Of a stretch of DNA of 64,000 nucleotides, positions 39,812 to 48,172 are shown one piece after another. Both the position numbers and the translations under genes were made by a program. The DNA comes from Methanobrevibacter sp. (lineage in GTDB: Archaea > Methanobacteriota > Methanobacteria > Methanobacteriales > Methanobacteriaceae), in NCBI RefSeq assembly GCF_017539065.1, contig NZ_JAFYHP010000009.1, positions 79,949 to 143,948 of the forward strand, written 5' to 3'. A model generated the notes under the pieces. It was not told the DNA's origin, searched no databases, and saw nothing but the letters and a program-made list of their open reading frames with translations. How positions within the stretch are numbered: the stretch's first letter is position 1; each line of letters begins with the position of its first letter.

Positions 39812-39996
39812 ATTTTCACCTCCTTCACATCAATTGAAAAATATTTTCCTTATGAATTATATTTCATATTAATAAGTATATAAGATTGACTAATTTGACC
39901 ATTTAAACTTGCATAAATTCAAATCACAGAAGTTTTTTTGAAAGAACCTATAAATATGATAAAATCTTAATTAGTTATAAATGGGGGTGATGTTAA

Positions 39997-40962
39997 TTGA
40001 AATATTTTAAAAATTTCTTTAAAATTTCAATAATACTGCTACTTCTTATAATTACAGTAGGGTCAGTTTATGCAGCAGATAATACTGATTCTTCATTAAA
40101 CGATAATCAGGATGACGATTTTGAATTGAATGAAGATATGGAAGAGGGTCCGGGTGATGATGACCCTGATGAGGATGATAATCCTGATGAGGATGAAGAA
40201 GGTGATGATGACCCTGATGAGGATGATAATCCTGATGAGGATGAAGAAGGTGGTGATGATTCTGATGAGGATGAAGAAGGTGGTGATGATTCTGATGAGG
40301 ATGATGATTCTGATGATGAAGAAGATGATGATTCTGAAGACGATGAGGACGATTCAGAATACAATGATTTTGAGTTTCTCGAATATAAAATCTTGGCATA
40401 TCTTGAAAAATATGGAAACTGCACAGATGAGAATTGGACAGAATCTGAAGATTTCCTTAATGAATACCAAATTTATCTATCCAATCCATCAGACTACACT
40501 TTGAATGAAAGTGCAGAAGGCTACAAAACATATTTAAAAATTTATGATTCAATAGTGTCAACGTTCGGCGATTACAACCTAACGGAAAATGAAACAGCAT
40601 ATCTGAAATTCCTGATAATCTATTATCTAAATCATTATGGAAATGTCAGTGCAAACTACACATGGAATGAAAGCGATGATTTCTCAAACTTCACTCTATG
40701 GGATTACCTGTCTGCATATTATAAAGGATGCGCTTCAGCAGGTGCGCCTGCAATTAATGGAGAGTATGATGGTTTCAGAAACTTAAATGATTTGGTTTAC
40801 CCGATATTGGCCAATTCTTTTGACTTAAACAAAACAGCACAAGACAAAAATGTATCTAATATGGCCAATGTAGATGTGCCTGACAACGGTTCATGGTGGT
40901 CTTATGGCATTATCCTATTTTTAGCTTTGATAATGGGCGTTCTAATAATTAGGAAAATTTAA
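39997..40962 (+). CDS. Secreted/anchored acidic tandem-repeat protein
   Basis: TTG 39997 follows GGGGGTGA. Signal peptide KISIILLLLIITVGSVYA. About 75-aa D/E-rich repeat region. C-terminal TM WWSYGIILFLALIMGVLII followed by RKI. Confidence 0.8.
   Translation: MKYFKNFFKISIILLLLIITVGSVYAADNTDSSLNDNQDDDFELNEDMEEGPGDDDPDEDDNPDEDEEGDDDPDEDDNPDEDEEGGDDSDEDEEGGDDSDEDDDSDDEEDDDSEDDEDDSEYNDFEFLEYKILAYLEKYGNCTDENWTESEDFLNEYQIYLSNPSDYTLNESAEGYKTYLKIYDSIVSTFGDYNLTENETAYLKFLIIYYLNHYGNVSANYTWNESDDFSNFTLWDYLSAYYKGCASAGAPAINGEYDGFRNLNDLVYPILANSFDLNKTAQDKNVSNMANVDVPDNGSWWSYGIILFLALIMGVLIIRKI
40153..40308 (+). repeat. In-frame tandem DNA repeats encoding the poly-acidic tract
   Basis: The 48-nt unit GGTGATGATGACCCTGATGAGGATGATAATCCTGATGAGGATGAAGAA occurs twice and is identical (40153-40200, 40201-40248). 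It is followed by the 30-nt unit GGTGGTGATGATTCTGATGAGGATGAAGAA (40249-40278) and a second, diverging copy. Confidence 0.9.
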
Positions 40963-41031
40963 TTTTTCCTTTTTTAAATTTTTTTATTTAACATAAATCT
41001 TTTTATTATATTTTTATCATAAATTAATAAC

Positions 41032-41649
41032 ATGAGAATCATAAAACATTGTCCAAATTGCGGATGCGAAATTAATGATGATGATGTTGAATTCTGCACA
41101 GAATGCGGATATAACCTGTTTGAAAAAAATGAGGATGTTCCTAAGGGATTTTTCGATAATCTGGCTGATAAAACAAATTTTTCAGTATTGATCTTTTCTT
41201 TTATCGTGTTCGGCGTATTCCTGTTTGTCGGTTCAATAATATGGGCGTCATTCATGGCAAGCGGATCAATTGACCTAATTACCTATTTGTTATTGACTGT
41301 TGTTTTTTCAGTATTCTTTGGTGGGATTTTCATTGGATACTTCGGATGCAGGGATGAAACATATGTGCTGCCGAATTTTTCAATGTATCTTGGAAGCATA
41401 TTTGCAGTTGTGCTATGCGGAATCGGATTTATATTTACATTTTTAATGGGAATAATTTCAGCCATTAGCTCAGCCTTCTCAGCATTGGGCGGTAATTCAG
41501 CATATGGAAGTACACAATCAACCGCTTCTTCATTCACACCATCTGTTGATTTAAGCTTTGTATTTAAAATAATATTATTTGTTCTGTTGATTCCTGTGGC
41601 CGCCTATTTCGGTGTTTATCTGGGTTATTACTTAAAACAGAATATTTAA
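41032..41649 (+). CDS. Zinc-ribbon membrane protein
   Basis: N-terminal CPNCGCEI ... CTECGYNL zinc ribbon followed by about 5 hydrophobic segments. Confidence 0.7.
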   Translation: MRIIKHCPNCGCEINDDDVEFCTECGYNLFEKNEDVPKGFFDNLADKTNFSVLIFSFIVFGVFLFVGSIIWASFMASGSIDLITYLLLTVVFSVFFGGIFIGYFGCRDETYVLPNFSMYLGSIFAVVLCGIGFIFTFLMGIISAISSAFSALGGNSAYGSTQSTASSFTPSVDLSFVFKIILFVLLIPVAAYFGVYLGYYLKQNI

Positions 41650-41942
41650 TTTTTCCTTTTTTTAATTTTTAAATTTCGAGTTTTTAAATTAAAGCTCCGA
41701 AACTTTTCATTTAACTAATTTCTTTTTTTTGTTAGGTTCTATCAGTAATTGTTCAGCTTTTTCTAGTCTATTTTGTTATTCCTTAATTGTTTTGATTTTT
41801 GAAGAGTTCATAATGGCGGAGGGGGAATTATTACATGTTCATTATATGAACATTAGGGAAATATGGGGGAATTTATGTTTTACGCAACTTCATCAAAACA
41901 ATTTTTTCATATTTCTCCATTTAAATGATGGGAGGTGAATTT

Positions 41943-44900
41943 TTGAAGTTTGGAAAGGTTTATGCATTTCTATTGGTGGCGTTGATATTCTTCGTTATGG
42001 GCAGCGCCTGTGCTGCTAATGAAACGGATATTGGAGACAATGTTGATTCCAGTTTAGATAATGTTCTCGGCACTTGTGATGATAATGAAGTGTTAAGTGA
42101 AGATATCGAGTTTTCTGGAACGACTTTTTCAGAGTTAAAATCTGAAATTAATAGTGCTGATGATGGTGATGTTATAACCCTTCAAAATGATGTCATACAA
42201 AAGTCCAGTGCTCGCATTACAATATCTAAGGAAATCACAATTGATGGGAATGGCTACACATTAAATGCCAATGGAAGATCATCAATTTTTCTGGTTACTG
42301 GAAATAATGTTGTATTGAAAAATATTGTTTTCGAAAATGCTAAAAGAAACGGTGCATTAGGCGGAGCTATTGAATGGTACGGTGCCAATGGTACTTTAAT
42401 CAATTGTACTTTTGTGAATAATGTGATAAGTAGCAAAGCAGCTACTACTAAATTTTCTGCTTATGGCGGAGCAGTCTTTTTCAATGGAGATGGGACTGTG
42501 ATTAATTGTACTTTTGTTAATAATAAAGCTGAAAGTCAGGGTTATGATGCTTTTGGAGGTGCTATTGCATTTTATAAAGGATCTGCAATTAATTCTACTG
42601 TGGTCAATTGTATCTTTGTGAATAACACGGCATCAAGCGATAATCTTAGAAATGGTTTTGGCGGTGCTGTCTATTTCGGCAGTACTTTGTACGTTTCGTT
42701 TAATGTCATTGTCGCCAATTGTAGTTTTGTGAACAATCTCGCAAAAACTAGTGGAGGCGCTATTTTCATAGATGGTGAAAATAATAAGAATAATGATGAA
42801 CTTTATGTTGTTGTCACTAATTGTACTTTTGCCGACAACAAAGCGACAGGCACTATCGGTTCTTGTGCGGGGGCGGTCTACATCAATAAGGCTGCTTGTA
42901 CTGTGGATAATTCCAGTTTTGTTAATAACACAGCAGATGCCTATGGAGGTGCTGTTTACTTCGATAAAGCCATAGGTACTATGGTTAATTCCCGCTTTAT
43001 TAATAACACGGCAAAAAGTTCCAGTGGAGGTGCTGTTTATGTGGGTAAGAATTCTAATGGAGCCGCAGTTGATTGCAGTTTTGAGAATAATACTGCTAAA
43101 TCAGGCGGTGCTTTCGATGCCGATTACACCAGAGGTGTTGTGATTAATTGTACTTTTGTCAATAATAAAGCAACTGGTTCTAGCGGAGGTGCCGTCAATT
43201 TTGAGCATGGTGCTTCTGGTGAGGTATTTAATTCCAGTTTCATCAATAACAAAGCAACAACCTCCGGGATAGGTACAGGCGGTGCCATTTCAGGATCTGA
43301 AAATGTGGTTAATTGTATTTTTGAAAACAACATTGCTGATCGTGGTGGTGCCATTTATGGGTATGGTTATATGGATAACTGTACTTTTGTGAATAACACG
43401 GCAACTAGCACTAATGATGCTTGTGGCGGTGCAGTTTACCTGTCTGAGGCAAACAGTATCATAAATAACTGTAGTTTTGTGAACAATTCCCGTTCTGTTG
43501 TTTACATTGCTAAAAATGATTGTCGCGTAGTTGGTTGTAGATTTGCGAATAACACTTTTTGTGCCCTTAGATGTGATGGCGATGACGGTCATGTGGATGA
43601 TTGTAGTTTTGTCAATAACGTTGCAGCAGATTCTCTTGGCGGTGCTGTTCACTGGAGAGGCGCTAGAGGTATCTTGAATAATTGTAGTTTTTTGAATAAT
43701 ACCGGCAGTTCAGGAGGTGCCATTTACTTTTATGGTGATGTAAATCCTCCGAAACCTATATATATTGGTGCTGTTGACAGCAGCGTAGTTAATTGTAGTT
43801 TTGTGAATAACACCGCAGATACTTCTGGAGGTGCCATTTCCATCAAAGCCAATAACTGTGTTGTTGTAAATTCTTCTTTTGTAAATAACACTGCAAATAA
43901 GAATCAAGGCGGTGCTATTTACTTTGTAGGAATACAAAATTATGGACTTACCGGCACTGTAGTCAATTGTAGTTTTGCAAACAATAATGCAAAACAATCT
44001 TTTGGCGGAGCTATATCTTGGCCGGGTGTTAGGGCTACTATGGTTAATTGTATTTTTGTGAATAACACGGCTAAATACGGTGGTGCTGTTTCATTTTTAG
44101 CTATTCCAGGCCTTTCAAGTTTTAGGTCTAATGTGGTTAATTGTAGCTTTACGAATAATGCTGCAACAGAATCAGGTGGTGCGGTTATCTTTTATTACAG
44201 TGCAAATAATGGAAGGGGTTTTGTGTCTGATTCCAGGTTTGCGAATAATACTGCTAAATCAGGAGGAGCTATTAGCTTCTACAGCACTGCTATCAATTTC
44301 GTAAATAAGGAGATTACCGGTACCGTAAGCAATTGTAGTTTTGACAATAACTCAGCAACTGAATCCGGTGGGGCAGTTATTTTTTATGGCGGCAAATATC
44401 CTATGAAAGGTTTTGTGCAAGATTCTACTTTTATGAATAATGTTGCTAACTTTGGAGGTGCCGTTAACTTTTGTACTTCCCCTATACAGTTTGGTTATTC
44501 CTTTGCATATACTCGTGGTTCTGTAACTAATTCCAGTTTTGTGAATAATACTGCAATAACTAGTGGAGGTGCTGTTCACTTCTATACCTCTGTGGGGGAA
44601 GTGGTTGATTCTACTTTTGTGGATAACAAAGCAAACCATGATGCTGGAGCTATCTATGTTGATGCTCCAGAATCTCTTAGAACCGTTAATCAGAATGTTA
44701 ATCCAAATGTTCTTGGAGCTAGCGTTGATTTGAAAGCTGCAGATGTTGCTGTAATCGGCTCTAGTTTTACTGATAACAAAGCGAATAATAATGGCGGTGC
44801 TGTTTACTTTACTGATTTTTATGGAATTGTAATTAATTCTAGTTTCATAGATAATGCTGTAAAGAATTATGGTGGTGCCATTTACAGTAATAGTACAGTA

Positions 44901-46022
44901 AATATTTCCAGTTCCAATTTCACCGGTAATAGGGCATTCAGTGGGTCTGCCTGGTATGCCAATGATGATGCATCTATTGAAGATTCTCTTCTATTGGATA
45001 ATAAAGCAGATTCCATGTCATTGATCCTCGGTGTTGTTGTTAATGATAGGGATGTTTCAATCAATTCCACTCTTGCTGGTCGGGATAATCTTTTAAATGC
45101 CATTTATAACAATGGTGGTGATTTTATTCTGAGGAATGTTACATATCTTGGTTTTAAAGGCATCATGAATACCGGCAATGATGTTGTTCATCCGGTCAGT
45201 AGCGCTGATTTAAGTGATGAAGGCATTTTATGCTATCAGGATGATCGTGAAGCTAAACAGAATATTGTAATTGAGATTTATGACAGCAACCATAATCTGA
45301 TTTATAATTTTACTGATGCAAGTGATATTTATGGAACTGTTTATTGTGGTCTTAAATTGGCATTTGGCGAGTATACCGTTAAAAGTTATTTCAATGAAAA
45401 TAATTATTACACCAAAATAGCAAATAACACTAAATTTTCTGTTATCCCCTCTGATGTTGATTTGGTTGTTAAAAAGACTTCTAACGTTAGTACCGTAAAA
45501 ATTGGCGATTTAGTTGAGTGGACTATTACTGTTTTCAATGATGGGCCAGGAATTGCATTTGATGTGAATCTCACAGAATATTTGTCTGATGGTTTAGGTT
45601 TTGTTTCTGCCAATCCAAGTAAAGGAGATTACAGAGGCAATATTTGGACTATTGGTGATATGGATAACGGTGAAATTCAAACGCTGAAAATCATTACTAA
45701 GGTTTTGAAACATGGTCAAATATTTAATACTGTTAGTGTTGTCACATCCAGTAATAATACTAATTTAACAAATAATTCCACCTGTGAGATTACTGTAATC
45801 GACCCTGAGAAAAATGAGACAGAACCTGATAATAATGCATCTCAAAGGCAGAATAAAAAGGAAATGGATAATAAGGAATTAATAAATCAGACTGCAACAG
45901 ATGTTGATGGAGCTTTAATTGATTCCAATCCTGTCGGTGTTAAATATGCAACAGGAAATCCAATTTTCACATTATTATTGGTGCTGTTTGCTTTAGTAGC
46001 ATTTAGAAAAAGATCTTTGTAG
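41943..46022 (+). CDS. Adhesin-like protein (ALP8), ~1360 aa: more than 25 V.NC.F.NNTA...GGA.YF repeats, a DUF11-like domain, and a C-terminal sorting-signal-like anchor
   Basis: The likely start is TTG 41943, after GGAGGTGA (41931-41938), giving KFGKVYAFLLVALIFFVMGSACA. PMP-like repeats run throughout. DUF11-like block: DLVVKKTSNVSTVKIGDLVEWTITVFNDGPG. The C-terminus is ATGNPIFTLLLVLFALVAF followed by RKRSL. Confidence 0.9.
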   Translation: MKFGKVYAFLLVALIFFVMGSACAANETDIGDNVDSSLDNVLGTCDDNEVLSEDIEFSGTTFSELKSEINSADDGDVITLQNDVIQKSSARITISKEITIDGNGYTLNANGRSSIFLVTGNNVVLKNIVFENAKRNGALGGAIEWYGANGTLINCTFVNNVISSKAATTKFSAYGGAVFFNGDGTVINCTFVNNKAESQGYDAFGGAIAFYKGSAINSTVVNCIFVNNTASSDNLRNGFGGAVYFGSTLYVSFNVIVANCSFVNNLAKTSGGAIFIDGENNKNNDELYVVVTNCTFADNKATGTIGSCAGAVYINKAACTVDNSSFVNNTADAYGGAVYFDKAIGTMVNSRFINNTAKSSSGGAVYVGKNSNGAAVDCSFENNTAKSGGAFDADYTRGVVINCTFVNNKATGSSGGAVNFEHGASGEVFNSSFINNKATTSGIGTGGAISGSENVVNCIFENNIADRGGAIYGYGYMDNCTFVNNTATSTNDACGGAVYLSEANSIINNCSFVNNSRSVVYIAKNDCRVVGCRFANNTFCALRCDGDDGHVDDCSFVNNVAADSLGGAVHWRGARGILNNCSFLNNTGSSGGAIYFYGDVNPPKPIYIGAVDSSVVNCSFVNNTADTSGGAISIKANNCVVVNSSFVNNTANKNQGGAIYFVGIQNYGLTGTVVNCSFANNNAKQSFGGAISWPGVRATMVNCIFVNNTAKYGGAVSFLAIPGLSSFRSNVVNCSFTNNAATESGGAVIFYYSANNGRGFVSDSRFANNTAKSGGAISFYSTAINFVNKEITGTVSNCSFDNNSATESGGAVIFYGGKYPMKGFVQDSTFMNNVANFGGAVNFCTSPIQFGYSFAYTRGSVTNSSFVNNTAITSGGAVHFYTSVGEVVDSTFVDNKANHDAGAIYVDAPESLRTVNQNVNPNVLGASVDLKAADVAVIGSSFTDNKANNNGGAVYFTDFYGIVINSSFIDNAVKNYGGAIYSNSTVNISSSNFTGNRAFSGSAWYANDDASIEDSLLLDNKADSMSLILGVVVNDRDVSINSTLAGRDNLLNAIYNNGGDFILRNVTYLGFKGIMNTGNDVVHPVSSADLSDEGILCYQDDREAKQNIVIEIYDSNHNLIYNFTDASDIYGTVYCGLKLAFGEYTVKSYFNENNYYTKIANNTKFSVIPSDVDLVVKKTSNVSTVKIGDLVEWTITVFNDGPGIAFDVNLTEYLSDGLGFVSANPSKGDYRGNIWTIGDMDNGEIQTLKIITKVLKHGQIFNTVSVVTSSNNTNLTNNSTCEITVIDPEKNETEPDNNASQRQNKKEMDNKELINQTATDVDGALIDSNPVGVKYATGNPIFTLLLVLFALVAFRKRSL

Positions 46023-46057
46023 GTGATGTGTTTTTAACATATCACTTACTTTTTTTT
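46023..46057 (+). terminator. Stem-loop plus T8 run after ALP8
   Basis: GTGATGTGTT (46023-46032) pairs with AACATATCAC (46036-46045), with one G-U pair. T8 at 46050-46057. Confidence 0.55.
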
Positions 46058-46178
46058 TAATTTATGATTTTTTATCAGATAAAAATTCCCCTATCTAAAC
46101 CATCTAATATATATACTAATAAACTATATAAATTAATTCATTAACAAAGTAAAATTATTTGATTGAAGGTTTGATATT

Positions 46179-47021
46179 ATGGTTAGGTTTTCACAAACTC
46201 TCGATGATAACGGGTCAAAAAATCGAGAACGACGCTATTCTCGATATGGAGAAAGTCAGTATTATGAAGAGCGCAGTGCTGATTCCAGAACTATCGATGA
46301 TATTGTTTACAGTCAGCTTCCTAGGCCAAATCAGGTCAAGAGATCAGTTTATAGAGATGATGCTTATGTTAAACCAGAAGCATATGAACCAATCAATGTA
46401 CTTCATGACACCCATCAAATTGAAAGAGAATCTATCCAACCTGACTATTCAAAACCAGAATTAAGTTTCCCTGCTGATCAAAACATCCAATTCGGTGTCG
46501 AATACTCTCCAAATTCCAGACCTCCTGTAATAGGTAAAAACTACACAATCAGGTCAAATTCAATCATTTACAATGATGTGGTTATCGGAGACAATTTCAG
46601 AACAGGACACAATGTTGTCATACGTGAAAACACTAATATTGGAGATGATGTTTTAATCGGAACCAATACAGTTATTGAAGGGGATGTAATCATCGGAAAT
46701 GATGTCAGCATCCAATCCAATGTATATATTCCAACCAATTCTGTAATTGAAGATAATGTATTTATCGGACCTTGTGCTTGTTTTACAAATGATAAGTATC
46801 CTGTAAGAATCAATTATGAACTTCAAGGACCTAGAGTCAGACGTGGAGCTTCAATTGGAGGTAACACAACATTCCTGTCTAATGTTGAAATTGGAGAAGG
46901 GTCTATTGTTGCTGCTGGAGCTATTGTAATACACTCTGTTCCACCATTTTATTTAGCTATTGGAACACCTGCACGTATCAAACCGCTTCCGGATCACTTA
47001 AAAGTACCAAATAGATTTTAG
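46179..47021 (+). CDS. Left-handed beta-helix (hexapeptide-repeat) acyltransferase with ~110-aa low-complexity N-terminal extension
   Basis: Hexapeptide repeats: [52 protein letters not shown] 46179 is preceded by GAAGGT. Confidence 0.8.
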   Translation: MVRFSQTLDDNGSKNRERRYSRYGESQYYEERSADSRTIDDIVYSQLPRPNQVKRSVYRDDAYVKPEAYEPINVLHDTHQIERESIQPDYSKPELSFPADQNIQFGVEYSPNSRPPVIGKNYTIRSNSIIYNDVVIGDNFRTGHNVVIRENTNIGDDVLIGTNTVIEGDVIIGNDVSIQSNVYIPTNSVIEDNVFIGPCACFTNDKYPVRINYELQGPRVRRGASIGGNTTFLSNVEIGEGSIVAAGAIVIHSVPPFYLAIGTPARIKPLPDHLKVPNRF

Positions 47022-47032
47022 GAGAATTGCTG

Positions 47033-47194
47033 ATGGCCATATATAAATGTAAAATTTGCGGATATACATTTGATGAAGATGACATTGAGGAAGGTTTGAA
47101 TATTCCTGCCGGAACAAAATTCGAAGACTTGCCGGCTTCATTCAAATGTCCAAAGTGCAGAATGCCGAAAGCCATGTTCGAAAAAATAGATTAG
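47033..47194 (+). CDS. Rubredoxin (53 aa)
   Basis: Absent from the ORF track (below its size cut-off). SD AGGAG lies 8 nt upstream. Translation: MAIYKCKICGYTFDEDDIEEGLNIPAGTKFEDLPASFKCPKCRMPKAMFEKID, with CxxCG ... CPxC knuckles and a PAGT.FEDLP loop. Confidence 0.85.
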   Translation: MAIYKCKICGYTFDEDDIEEGLNIPAGTKFEDLPASFKCPKCRMPKAMFEKID

Positions 47195-47255
47195 TTTTAT
47201 ATATCACAAACTTATTATATAATTATAAGTAACAAATTTAAGGAGATTGTTAATT

Positions 47256-47375
47256 ATGGCAAAATTTAAATGCAAATTGTGCGGTTACACAACCGAAGAA
47301 TTCGAAGAACTCCCAGAAGATTTCAAATGTCCTATGTGCGGAGCAACCGCTGACATGTTTGAAAAAGTAGAATAG
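47256..47375 (+). CDS. Mini-rubredoxin-like protein (39 aa)
   Basis: SD AAGGAG upstream. Translation: MAKFKCKLCGYTTEEFEELPEDFKCPMCGATADMFEKVE. Both Cys knuckles are present and the central loop is shortened. Confidence 0.7.
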   Translation: MAKFKCKLCGYTTEEFEELPEDFKCPMCGATADMFEKVE

Positions 47376-47383
47376 GTGATTGC

Positions 47384-47494
47384 ATGGCTTATGTTTGTAA
47401 AGTCTGTGGTTTTGTCTTAGAAGAAGATGAATTGCCAGAAGATTACGTATGCCCTGTTTGTGGTGTACCTGCAGCAAATTTCGAAGAACAATAG
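47384..47494 (+). CDS. Mini-rubredoxin-like protein (36 aa)
   Basis: SD AGGTGA upstream. Translation: MAYVCKVCGFVLEEDELPEDYVCPVCGVPAANFEEQ. Confidence 0.7.
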   Translation: MAYVCKVCGFVLEEDELPEDYVCPVCGVPAANFEEQ

Positions 47495-47506
47495 GTTCTT
47501 CATTTT

Positions 47507-48139
47507 TTAAATTTTTTCTAAAAATTGCTTATTTTTAAAATTAACACTAATCTTATTAGAGTGTTTTTCAAATATTTTTTCTATATCCCTATGGTCTTTT
47601 GATACTACATGATAGCATACCTTATCTGCGTAGTCCTTCTCAATTGTTTCAAGGGAGTTGTTTCTAACCTCAGTATCCACTAATTTAATATCTGAGTATT
47701 CAAAAAGGATTTCAAAAACGTCATACTCTTCAATCTCAACGATTTCAGCTTCACCAATAGCCTCCATCACTGATTTGGAATATGCTCTTACAAGTCCTCC
47801 GGCACCAAGCTTAATTCCACCGAAGTATCTAGTGACGATTGCGGTTACATTGTGGAGTTCATTTTTCCTTAAAACGTTAATCATAGGTTTTCCTGCGGTT
47901 CCACCCGGTTCCCCATCATCGTCAAATCCCTCTCCGTCTCCAACGATGTATGCTGTACAATTATGAGTTGCATCATTATATTTCTGATTTAGTTTTTGGA
48001 TAATCTCCTTTGATTCCCTTTTGTTTTTAGTGGGATAAAGGCTGCATATGAATTGGGATTTTTTAATGTTAATTTCACTTTGTACTGGGCTTTTAATAGT
48101 TTTCATGGTATCAATATATTTATATATATAATCCGACAT
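47507..48139 (-). CDS. IMPACT/YigZ family protein (UPF0029)
   Basis: DDGEPGGTAGKPM motif and GGIKLGAGGLVRAY, typical of YigZ. Confidence 0.8.
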   Translation of the reverse strand: MSDYIYKYIDTMKTIKSPVQSEINIKKSQFICSLYPTKNKRESKEIIQKLNQKYNDATHNCTAYIVGDGEGFDDDGEPGGTAGKPMINVLRKNELHNVTAIVTRYFGGIKLGAGGLVRAYSKSVMEAIGEAEIVEIEEYDVFEILFEYSDIKLVDTEVRNNSLETIEKDYADKVCYHVVSKDHRDIEKIFEKHSNKISVNFKNKQFLEKI

Positions 48140-48172
48140 ATTAAATTTAATTAATTTTGAAAGGTGTTAATT

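Noticed and set aside
40052-40504. Three overlapping ORFs (His/Pro-rich, Ser-rich, Met/Ile-rich) across the acidic repeat region.
   Set aside because: They are alternative-frame and antisense readings of the GAT/GAA tandem repeats. Only the plus-strand frame has a signal peptide, an SD and a C-terminal anchor.
41729-41942. ORF 41729-41938 and the ATG-ATG start at 41925 of ALP8.
   Set aside because: The upstream ORF has no SD and reads like non-coding AT-rich sequence. The two ATGs overlap or precede the SD GGAGGTGA, so TTG 41943, which gives a canonical signal peptide, is more plausible.
24217-46022. Regular periodic repetition in the ALP genes, considered as a possible CRISPR array or other non-coding repeat array.
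   Set aside because: The periodicity is at the protein-repeat level (beta-helix rungs and Ig-like modules) inside long open frames. There are no short identical direct repeats with unique spacers, and no cas genes.
46159-46464. ORF 46159-46464, which overlaps the start of the LbH acyltransferase gene in another frame.
   Set aside because: The competing frame (46179-47021) runs continuously into an unmistakable hexapeptide-repeat domain and has the better SD.
46978-47477. Minus-strand ORFs 46978-47175 and 47250-47477 from the track.
   Set aside because: They lie antisense to three SD-preceded rubredoxin-type genes with clear Cys-knuckle motifs. Their own translations have no recognisable features.
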